A stretch of DNA of 59,265 bases, counting the filler, from Dirinaria sp. TL-2023a (taxonomy: Eukaryota), in NCBI GenBank assembly GCA_051941275.1. It is 3 parts of 3 records of this genome, joined end to end, with 100 filler letters (N's around TTAATTAATTAA, not from the genome) between each part and the next. Parts side by side here need not be neighbours in the genome. Positions count along the whole stretch, not along the records: positions 19,808 to 39,489 come from JAVEBF010000318.1; 2 more parts are not named here. The stretch is one strand, 5' to 3'. Every line of letters begins with the position of its first letter. The stretch's first letter is position 1. The translations under genes were made by a program, and so were the position numbers. The notes under the pieces were generated by a model that had not been told where the DNA came from, did not search any database, and worked only from the letters and a program-made list of their open reading frames with translations. Below are positions 24,782-35,274 of the stretch, one piece after another.

Positions 24782-25399
24782 CCCTAGGAGAAGGCACTTG
24801 CCTATGATTAGGCCTCAGTACGGTTCAGTGATTGTGGGCAGGGTCGACTACTTCGAAGTGACTACCCGAGATTAGATGGATTTTAGCACTCGTACAGACT
24901 GCGCCTAACCATCATTGGGCCCTCCCACTAATAGTCAAGGGGTTGATTTTAGTACGGACTACGATACGTTTAGGGCGCACATGGCTCATCATAAGCTCAC
25001 CAATGTACCTTCACTTTGATTCGTTTAGGCGGGTGGGCATTATTACTACTTTACTGAAGAATGAGGGACCCTTGGAAGTTCTGGCAAACGTCAGCAACAC
25101 CATTTGGTGGTGATGTCAGCTGGAGGTCGCTTCTCAGCACATACTACTGGCGGCAGTTTCTAGCGCAGCTGCATTATGGTGACACGTTCAAGTACGGAGT
25201 GCAAAGTGCCTTGTGCACAGACCGCGCCACAGTACAGTGAGGAGTGAACTGTCCTGAGATAACCGCATGCATTGTATATGCACGGTGCCCAAAATTGAGG
25301 CATTGATGCCTTGATATGTCTAACCTCTCGCTTTACTTTGCTCTCTTTCAATTCTTGCCATCGAAGTCTCGCGTTTTCGTACGTTCTTACACTCCCTTC

Positions 25400-26230
25400 T
25401 GCCTCTTCATGCTCAGAGCAACAAGTCTCAGAATGCTACAATAGCGCTTTACTCGAGTAGTCCAACTCCTTACGAATATTCAAGGCGTTGACACATCTAT
25501 GAGAGAAGGGCTTTGAGACTGTCCTGTTCGATGAATCAGCTATGTGAAAATCTATGAAGGGTCTAGGTTAAGGTCAAGATTACCTCTCGATCCAGCAGCG
25601 TCACCTAGACGCACTGGACTGAGCATCCTGTAATGGCGCTTCTGGGCATGAAGGCTTCAAATATGGAGGCTCTGTCCAAAGTTTCTAAAGCGATAAACGA
25701 AACGTTCGTCAATCCAAGGTCTACCTATGTCCTGTTCAGTACCTTGCCAACCACAATTTCGACCCATAGCATCGTCGAGCTTAGCTCTTGATTGGCGCTT
25801 CTTTGATGTTGCTATGTGTTACCGTCCGACGATAGACGTTACGAGAGGTAAAGAGACGCAACTCTTATGGCCTCCACAAATTTCAGTCCTCAAATGTCGC
25901 GCCTGCTTTTCCAGGTTGCAGCCGTGACCCACACCGTGACTCTTATTGTCTTGATTCCTACTTCTCTAAACCTTGATATCCTTCTGACGCGTTCGGGTCG
26001 TGCGTGAGATCTCCGCCGACAGCATTAAAAGATTAGTCAAGGAATCGACATCTTGGGATCGATTTTGAGCGATTGCCAGCCTCGCAAGCTAATTCGGCGT
26101 GTTCGCATTCGAAAGCTTGATGCTCATTGACTCGGGCTCAACGAAGTGGCTTGTATCGGGGTGGTATACTGTGCGTGACTTCGATGTTAGCGCGTTTGGT
26201 CTCTGAAAGTCCCGAACAGCATCACAGCCT
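25400..26230 (-). pseudogene. Probable decayed inverted paralogue of the neighbouring F-box/LRR-like gene
   Basis: Minus strand has CCTAGACCCTTCATAGATTTTCACATAGCTG versus CCTAGACCTTTCTTCGATTTTAACATGCTG at 22880, plus weaker colinear patches (GL..T, RL.I, WK..R, IR.E). No intact ORF; boundaries approximate. Confidence 0.4.
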
Positions 26231-26882
26231 AACTCTGGCAGATTCATACTGACCAAGATTTTGCTGCCGACCCTCGATGCCTCCCACGGTTAATTAGACG
26301 ACAGATGTATGTCTCGGGGTCGGATTCTTGCCGCCGACTGAATGTTACTCGATTTACTTGAGAGCCTATCTCAAGCACCAAAGCACTAATGCACCATGCT
26401 GCCTCGTGGCTTAGTATCCAGATAATCGTAGCTCCACTTCAGAGCATGATCATCTAGACGCTGTTCATGGTAACCAGAAGTGGACAAATCGGAGCTTACA
26501 CTTCAATCTATGATTTCAAGCTTCCAACTAGGATACTGGTCGTGGGGTCGGCTGAAGATGGCTGTCCTTGGAGAGGAAGGCCCCGCTTCGGGCCGCTAAG
26601 GTGAAAGCAATTCCCGAAATACAGCGGCTTTTATCTAATCGTACCTTATGACGCCTTACCTACTCATGCGCAAGCTTCAGCCTTGTCGTGTAAGTATATC
26701 TCACTTTGGGTGAAGGCGAAGAGCCTCTACGTACTTCTTTTGCTGCCTGACACATGATGGACGAAGGTGCTTGTGTCTAAAGTTTCAACCCACCTGTTAT
26801 CTGGAACTTTTTCAGCTGCCTTCAACCCTGCGTAATCAACGGATGGTGGCATTCATGTTTCCCGGAGCACACTTTGCTCTCC

Positions 26883-28593
26883 ATGTCTACTAGTGGCTCG
26901 GGCACTACGTGGCTCACCCTGCACGACGAGAAAAAGCATCAGACAGAAGAGGCCTTCGGCCAAGGCTATAGGGTACCTGGAGATGTCAAGAGCGAAGAGA
27001 CCCTTCGTTCTGCGCTCGAGGCCCTCAGCAGGGAGAGGAGAGATCACAGATCTTCCCGATTGGATGCTAAGATACTACCGTCACTCGAGGCAATCGCAGA
27101 ATTAGCCAGAGCTGTCGATCAATCCATCATCGACCGGCAGCATTTGGCACCAGACGATACATTAGAGGGCCTCGTCTGGTGGATATCATTTGCATTGATA
27201 AAGGTGAGTGGCGCCGTCTCAAATATGCTGCATCGCTTACTGCGTTGTAGAGCGGATGCAGAGCTGGCGCTCAGCTCGTTCCTCTTGTGACATTGGTGAC
27301 TGAGCTCAACAAAAGTGTACCAAAATTCTCCACTGAGAGGGGTCATTTCCGTTTGCGGTTTCCGAGCGAGAAACGAGTTCAGAAGCCTCTACAAGATGTT
27401 TACAACTTGTTCATCGATTCGCATTTGTTCATATTGTCCTACCTGAGGAAGCAAGGCCTCAGTAAGTCGACCTTGGGCAACAGGCCGGAGATGATTGCAC
27501 ACGCTGACCTATTGCAGGCTCTCGGGGAGACCCTACAAAGGAGGAAGCTCTGAGAACGCACATCACTGATACAGCTAAACGGCTCCAGGAGGCAAGAGGT
27601 AGATACGATCTTATGGTAAATCAAGCCGCCGAAGACGAAGAGCGAGCGAAGGCCCACGTAGAGCAGCCGAGTCTGGATGCAGAGCGCAGCTTGCCAGATC
27701 ACCTACATCAAAACTCTACATCGAACCGGGAGGTTCAAGTGGGGTTCGTTTCAAAAAGATTCCTTGGACGTGGATCTTACGGTGAGGTCGACGAGGTTCG
27801 GGAATTGTCGACTGGTGCCTCATACGCCCGGAAGCACATCCATCTGGACGGCGATAGGTCTTCGGACGTAATCGAGAACGAAGTCAAGAATGAGGTCGCT
27901 ATCATGCAGAAACTCCGACATCTGCATATAGCAACAGTTTTGTTTTACGTGAAGGAAGAAAAAGCATACAGCATTTTTATGCTACCAGTTGCCGACTGTG
28001 ATCTTCAACGCTTCCTGACGCGTTGCACCGAGCAAGATTATGCTGATGCTCTAATCAAACAGATTTACCCTTGGTTCGGATGCTTGCTTGATGCGCTAGC
28101 ATATGCACACAAGCTGAGGATTAAACACCAAGACATCAAGCTTTCGAACATTCTTATCAAAAACAATCAGCCGTACCTTTGCGACTTCGGCCTTGCGAAG
28201 GATTTTGCAGAAACGAATACGAGCACTTCCCAGGGTCCCAAGCCAAAAGGCACAATGATCTACCGTGCGCCAGAAGTAGTACCTGGTAGTATTCGTGGCC
28301 GGAAGGCAGACGTATTTGCTTTAGGGTGCGTCTATTCAGAGATGTTAACTGTTACTCAAGGGAAGTCTTTGGAAGACTACCGCGATGCTCGTAAAGAAGC
28401 AGGCTCGACCGCATTCCGTGATTGCCTGCCGAGGGTGAAGATATGGTTACAATCGTTCGAAAGGAATAAGCTGAGCGATCTAATGGTGGACCAGATATTG
28501 AGCATGATCAGGAAAAATTCCGAGGAAAGGCATACCGCTGAGCAGGCTGTTAATTTTTTGAAGCGCGAACCTGCATTTTTTTGCGTCGAGTGA
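26883..28593 (+). CDS. Ser/Thr protein kinase fused to an N-terminal helical domain resembling fungal NACHT/NLR N-terminal domains; 3 exons
   Basis: Introns 27204-27250 and 27462-27517 join three ORF fragments in frame. Kinase motifs LGRGSYGEV, ARK, alphaC Glu (NE), HQDIKLSN, DFG, YRAPE, DVFALG. Confidence 0.88.
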
Positions 28594-28716
28594 GTACGGA
28601 TATCAGAGCATGAATATTGGACTAGCGGGAGGTCGTTCTTGGGGTCTGAGTCTGAGATTCAGGAGTTCGAAGGTGTCGCCATTGCGCTTGACGTTCAGGA
28701 GTTCTTGACCATTTCA

Positions 28717-29838
28717 CTACACAAGCTGCTGTGTTTCCTCGATGTCTTTAGCATACCGGGGAGCGTCTACTTCGTCAGCCCAGGGTATTTTGTGGAGGCA
28801 ACCCAGGTGCTCAATGACACGTGCTGCTGCTTTACATCCGTATCGGACCGCAGCTTCAATGTCCCATTCGCCTTTTTGTTTCTGCTCTATATAGCTCGCT
28901 GCGTAGGCGCCCACGAAGCTATCCCTATAATGATACCTGTATCAGTATTCACTAGTACACATACCTGGATGGCTGAGGGAGTGAATAAAATATTATGGAT
29001 AAGGGGTCACAGACCCTGCACCAGAAGTATCGAGTACCGTGCAATTCTTCTCAGCCTCCACATAGCTAGCCCCCCCTTCGTTGGAATAGTAGGCACCCTT
29101 TTCTCCCAGCGTGATTACAACATTGTTTACGCCTAGGTTGTGAAAGTACTCAGCGATTTGCGACCATCCATTCTCGTTTTCGCTGTCTACTGGCGAGCAG
29201 TCCGACAACAGCGATGCCTCGCTCTCGTTCATGATCAGATGTGATATCATCCGATACAAAGGAGTTAAGAGGAAGAATGCCGGGGAAGGTTTCATCATCA
29301 CCTCGATCTCTGCCCGATTTGCTGTCCGAAGGGCTTGCTCGACTGTGTCCCGTCGGATCTCAAGTTGCGAGATGAGTAAATCGGGCGCTACACCTCCTCC
29401 CAAGCTCTCCGGAGTCACGAATTCCGTCGACTCTAGAGCGTAGGCAGCTCCGGGATATTGCATGATTCGATTGGCTCCAGAGTCTTTCTCCAGGATGATG
29501 TTATTCACGGCAGTTGCTTGGCCCTCTATAACGCGGACGCCATCTACATTCACCCCACAGGATAGCAGGTTATCTTTCATTGGGCCCCCAAATTCATCTG
29601 CGCCGACCGCCCCGACGATGCGCACTCGGACGCCATTTTCATCATCGGCCTGCGGGAGGCCTTTGGGATTCGGGCGTGTAAGGCGGTAGCAGGCAACGGC
29701 CGCACTGGCACCTTTACCGCCAGGCTGCTCGGTGAAGCCAGACGCAACGACAGTCTCACCATCGTCCGGCAGCCGGTCTGTGATGGTAGCCAGGTCTCGC
29801 GTTATACCACCCATCACAGCAATAGTACATGGAGGCAT
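28717..29838 (-). CDS. PfkB-family ribokinase-like sugar kinase; 2 exons
   Basis: GGKGA, VGAVGADEFG, QLE, NESEA and ITLGEKGA motifs. Intron 28925-29014 restores the catalytic DTSGAG/DSFVGA. Confidence 0.9.
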
Positions 29839-31423
29839 TTCCAAGGAGCAGCGACAATTGCAGGACGATGCTGTCTGAGTGGATGGACCACAAGTGACGG
29901 TAAGCTCGAAAGATCAATTCCGAGGCAGCATTCAACGGAATTACAGAGCTTCGCTTTGAGTGAGGGGCAGCCGGCTACGGCCATGATTGGCTTTACAAAG
30001 CAACATCGAAAATGGTGCGCCTACGCTCGACCAATACAAGGAAGGCTGTAAGTGGGCCGCCCGGGCCTGAGATAAGTATCAATCGACATAGCAAGGATCC
30101 TCGGGCTGAAACATGGTTAAGGCACTACGGCACGTCTCGAGCGGTCCCTAATACTTTAGGGGGGTTTATCTGCTAGTAGATATTCCCGTCTTTCGGCATT
30201 CGGGTCGTTAGACTGCAGTCTAGCATGATCTCACCGAAAGCTTCATGACACCCAGCATGCCAAACGGGGCGTAATGATGCAGCAGCTACACAAAGTTTAT
30301 ATTCCTATCGTCCTACTCAACTTCAATTACCGTTGGAGCTTCACAAGAACATCAAAGCGAATGGTCAATCTTCTTCAACTATTGGGAACAAATTACAATT
30401 ATGCACGCTCTTCAGTAGCCACTCAAGAGCCCATGGTGTCTCCACACAGGCATTGATTTATCGTCAAGCTTGTACGGGCCGCTTCCTCATATCGCATCCG
30501 GCAATTCTGCAAGTCTGCAGTGTAGCCTCGTCTCGAACCTGATACCAGAGCATTTGACAGTCAGCCTTGCTCTGAATCATGAATCACTGAGCTGCTAAGG
30601 TATTCTAACCAAATACCGGGGGCTCTCATTGCTGCTGCCTTCCTGCTCTCTCACCTCTCCCTTCCTCCATGCGCCTGCACTCATTGCGTCGCGTTAGTGA
30701 TTCGTCAGGCCGAAAGTGGCCGCAATTTCTCCTACCGTATAAGAGGAAATATATTTTGTCATTGATTGCATAATCTGTTGCTTCAATGCTATCCATGGGA
30801 GGGGCTGGTGGTGGCTGTGCAGTTGGCATGGCTTCGATTTGGTCCGTAACTTGATTTGCGCGACGAAGCCTTTGGGCAGCGCTGGGTGCTAATTACTTGA
30901 TTGAAGTGGGACAATTACCTTAAGCACTGGGAGGTCCAAGGACTTATACCTCGCTTCACTGCAGCCTTGCAGTGGGCTGTACCAGGGCCACGAATGGCGT
31001 GAGATACGGCAGCCGGCATTTACGTGCTTTACAGCACATGCAGACCAGCCTTTCGAGGCCGCATTGAATTAGAAGCTAGAAACAGAAGCTACTTGATGTG
31101 TGGGGCGGGGCGCGATGAAGTCTAGGCTATTTCACAGACTTAGACCGCCAAAGATCCCATACGCATCATGGTGGGACATCTTGGCGATTGCTTTCAGATT
31201 GGTCACATTTGATCCTGCTTTTGATGCCACATGCACAATGATTTACAACACTAATATTATATAACGCTTAAGTGATTCAAGCCTTCCACGCCTATACGGG
31301 GAAGGTGAACAATCATACGTGAAGCGAATTTGCTCTACGTGCTCGGACTCAGTGAGATCTGAGCGATCGAAAGAGCCGCCGAACGCAACCATCTGCAGAA
31401 TAAGGGACACACTCATACTCAAA

Positions 31424-33662
31424 ATGGGCGATCCTCTTTCCATAGTCACGGGGGTCCTTGCAGTAGCCGGAGCAGCAGCTACAACTTGCGAAGGTCTTTA
31501 CAAAATATTGAGACGATCACTTGTAGCGCCGAAGGACCTCGAGCATCATCTTTCTGCAGTACAGGCTTTGCAGTCAACTTTGACTGCTATTGCGGCCCTT
31601 GAAGGAAACGATGCTCCAACCACAACGATCATCACACCACAGTTTAAGACCTGTATGCAGTCATGCATGCTGGATCTACAAGCGATGGAGAGGCTCTTAA
31701 AGTCGTTTCAGATCCAGATTGACGAGGGAAGAGCACGCAGAACTTGGGCCAAGATGCGGTGGTCTTCTGTGGACTATCAACAGAAACTGAAGAGTTACCT
31801 GAATAGGATCGAGTCTTACCACAGGACTTTTTCCTTGGATCTGTTGTTGTTCAATATGTGAGTCTGGAATTGGGATTCGAAAACCAGACCTCGAACGCAT
31901 TGAATAACCGATGAGCTATTAGTCATCTAGGTCTTCATTCCAAAGCTGAAGGTCGAACGCATCAGAACAATTGTCCTTGTGCGTCGGATCTCATTCCAGC
32001 CCCAGCTTGCAGACCTCTAGTTCATGCATACTCTTCAAGTAGCCGTCACGGAGATGATTCTGGGCATGTTTCAGTTCAGAGCAGGTTTCTGACGTACTTT
32101 GAAAGTGACGGTTTGCACCTTCTCCTGTGTCTTGGACCCATCACCGCAGCGAGGGTGCAGGACAACCACACTCTCACCTCCATCACCCCGAAGACTAGCC
32201 ATGGATATGGTGTTTGTTTGGTAACATCATCACCCCTTCACAGACTATTTAGGCTGGAGCTAGCGATGTTCATAAAGACGAATCGGAAAGCACCGAGCAT
32301 AAGGTTTTCCATTCACTGGAATCTGTTCTGGCCGCGCACAGTATCTTGGGAAGCGGAGATTATCAATCTCGTCCTGTGCGGGGACGTCGACGCTGTAAAG
32401 AAAGGATTTTCTACGAGACGTTCAACGCCCTTTGATCAGCTTCCAGACGGCGTAACAATTTTACATGTGTGTTTAGTAGTGTTACTTGGGACTAGCACCA
32501 ACTGACAATGCATTAGCTTGCTGCTTCTAACGGTCACTTTGAATTGGTCAAATTTCTTCTTCGAGAAGGCTCCAGGCCGAATGCTGTGGCCAATTTCGGA
32601 GAGTGAGCGTGCCCTTTCCCAAACTGCGTTTGCTTGTCTCTATTGAACGAGATGAGCAGAACCCCGCTTCATTCAGCCATCGCACTGTCCAAGAATTACG
32701 ATGTTGCCAGACTCCTCCTGGAAAATGGGGCAGATCTGCAGAACCGTAATGTCGAGGGGAAGACACCTTTGCACACGTTCTCGAGCCGTGTCTCGGTGCA
32801 GGTGTTGCGCTGTCATGGATTCCTATTCGACTTTTCGACCTTCGATCGCCGCGGCATGAGTGTACTCCATTATATGGCCTGGTCCAGCAAGACTTCCACG
32901 GATACGTTCAGAGATTATCACAAGCTCAGTAATTTGGATCTGAGGACGGTTGATGCGGAGGGCAGGTCGATGCTCCATTTCGCTGCTCAGAGAGGCAACG
33001 TGCCCGTTATTGAATACATCATCAGTGCCGCTAAGCATTTCAACATAGATCATACCGATTGCAAAGGCAGGACGGCAGTACACTACAGCATTGAAAACAA
33101 GCGCGCCTGTGATACCCTGAAAATACTAGTCTCACACGGAGCTAACATTTGGGTTAAAGACTACAGTGGGCGATCCGTACTGCATCATGCGGCCAGGTTT
33201 GGGAATCTGCCTGCCGTAAAGGCATTATTGACGCACGGGATGACAAACGAATTACGCGCAACAGATAGCTCGGGGATGACCCCTTTGATGATCTCATCTT
33301 ACCATAATGCTTATGCTGTGGTGATGTTCCTTCTGGAGATAGAGGGTTGCCCAAATTTTGAAAAGGAGCAGATAGGGCCAGGTGCGGTTGAGTGTGGCAG
33401 TATGGCTGCCCCATACTCAGATTTCGCGTCTGGAACCTCCACGCTAGTCCCTCAAGGAGTGAAAAATCGTATTCCGATGACATATCGACAATCTCAGGAT
33501 TCGGACTATTGGGAGTGGAAGAATCTATCGCCGATGTCTCGACGTTGCCGGAACCGGCTGAGCAACCACAGTACCTGTTGGAGCGCTATCAAGTTTCTTG
33601 CCATAGCGGGCACTGTGTCGGTCGTGGTTGTGCTATGGTTCAGATCTTTGATCGCGTTCTAG
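31424..33662 (+). CDS. HeLo-like (STAND N-terminal) domain + ankyrin repeats + C-terminal hydrophobic anchor; 4 exons
   Basis: MGDPLSIVTGVLAVAG..APKDL..RTWAKMRW N-terminus. Introns 31858-31922, 32467-32516 and 32603-32659 are all in frame. About 8-9 ankyrin repeats (GVTILH, GETPLH, GKTPLH, GMSVLH, GRSMLH, GRTAVH, GRSVLH, GMTPL); terminal FLAIAGTVSVVVVLWF. Confidence 0.85.
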
Positions 33663-34013
33663 TTCCACTCGCAGATTGCGCAGTTCTTAAATAAGGACGT
33701 GCAGATTAGTTCAAAATTAAGGTAGTATATCAAGTTACTGACTTATTCTGTGGTTTACGGTCCACACTTACCTTCGTGTGTGATTCCTCTGTGATCAGGA
33801 GCAGAGTACGTCAAATCTTGACAGTTGCAAACCTGAGTCACTGATGCTTGCTATATCATGTAGGGAATCGTCATCACGATTAGATGGGAGCACACAGCCA
33901 AGTTCGTCGCCTATGCGATCAGTGCCAAAACGGTACAATATGATACTTGTAGGCAGGACCAACTGCTTCGAAATGATCGCTCGACATTATCGTTTGAATG
34001 ACTGGGCTTGTAA

Positions 34014-34240
34014 TACGGAGAACGAGGAACAACGCCTTTATGTAAGTCCTAGGCTAGCGCGGTCAATGCCCACTAGTGTGATCAATTGAAAGTTGGCGCC
34101 CCCCCGGGGCGGGAGATGACCCAAGCTACCTTAACTTGCCTCCTAGGCTCGACGTGCATTGGGGTAGCGAGGACTTTAAATTTAAGCGTCAAACTCACTT
34201 CACTTAAAGCGCACCTGGCTTATGCTTCGTCGGTGGGCAT
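34014..34240 (+). mobile_element. MITE family copy A (degenerate, right end uncertain)
   Basis: Starts TACGGAG; contains AAGTCCTAGGCTAGCGCGGTCAATGCCCACTAGTGTGATCAATTGAAAGT and AACTTGCCTCCTAGG matching copies B and C. Confidence 0.6.
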
Positions 34241-34460
34241 TATCGGAGACCGACGACATAAGTCCTGGCTAGCGCCATGTACGCCAAGGATGTGTCGTCT
34301 AGGTGACTACCTATTTGCCCTTTAATGAGCACAAATGCCTCCTAGGTAGCAAGTTGGTATGTCCGGGCGATAATCTTGGGTGGTCTCTCAGGCGACTTCC
34401 AGTTGACCATACTAGTGACATTGATCACGTTAGCCAGAACTTATGGTCTCGTCCTCCGTA
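34241..34460 (-). mobile_element. MITE family copy B (220 bp, about 36-bp TIRs, TA ends)
   Basis: Left end TATCGGAGACCGACGACATAAGTCCTGGCTAGCG; reverse complement of the right end TACGGAGGACGAGACCATAAGTTCTGGCTAACG. The body is an inverted copy of 34801-35016. Confidence 0.8.
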
Positions 34461-34800
34461 CGTACTCACTGGAGGTCGTCACACCGCTCGGTAGCAATGG
34501 CAGATGGAGGTCGCTAACGCCTATCCCGAGAATGTGGGCCACCTGGATGCCTCGACGCTTGATTGCGCAGGATGAATATGAGTACCGCGTTTCTGACTCA
34601 GAGCGGATGTGTAGACTGAGCAAACTCTAGGCAATCTGGACCTTGACATAGGTGATCGATAAGTGGCACTATGCTTACTGTTTATTAAGAGTCGTCCATA
34701 CTCACGCAGTCAAATTACAGCACTTCGAAACAATTCCATTACAGACTCAACAACAGACATCCTCTCATCACGATCGAGGAGCGACCTGTTAATTTACATG

Positions 34801-35016
34801 TATGGAGGACGACGTCATTAGTCGTGGCTAGCGCGATCAATGCCACTAATATGTTCAACTGAAAGTCGCTTGGGGGACAACCTAAACATCATCCTGAACT
34901 CGCCAACTTGCTACCAAGGGAACAGCTGCTCTCCGCAAAAGGCTGACTGCATTCAGCTGGACGAATACTCTTGGCGTACATGACGCTAGCCAGGACTTTT
35001 GGCGTCGTCCTGCGTA
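34801..35016 (+). mobile_element. MITE family copy C (216 bp, about 37-bp TIRs, TA ends)
   Basis: Left end TATGGAGGACGACGTCATTAGTCGTGGCTAGCGCGAT; reverse complement of the right end TACGCAGGACGACGCCAAAAGTCCTGGCTAGCGTCAT. No credible coding capacity. Confidence 0.8.
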
Positions 35017-35274
35017 CGGTGAACCGATCGAGCATGAGGCTCCAAATCTCCACCTGTTATGCGATCCAACCAGACCTAATCGTTCTAGCGTGCACAAGAG
35101 CCAGCTGAAGAATTTGTCAGCGAAAACCACAAATGATCTGGGCGCTGTCGGAGATGAAACCAGGCCCCAAGGCTACGGGTATGGAAGCTGAGATGGTAAT
35201 CATTTGCGGAGAAATAGAACTCTCTTTCCAAAAATTTCTCTCTCGCTCCCTTTTTCTACGATCTGTATGGCATA

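Noticed and set aside
34014..35016. Repeats as a CRISPR-like array or duplicated peptide (RRHKSWLAPCTPR / RRQKSWLASCTPR in opposite-strand ORFs)
   Set aside because: Fully explained by MITE TIRs in inverted copies; no regular repeat-spacer periodicity, and the host is a eukaryote.
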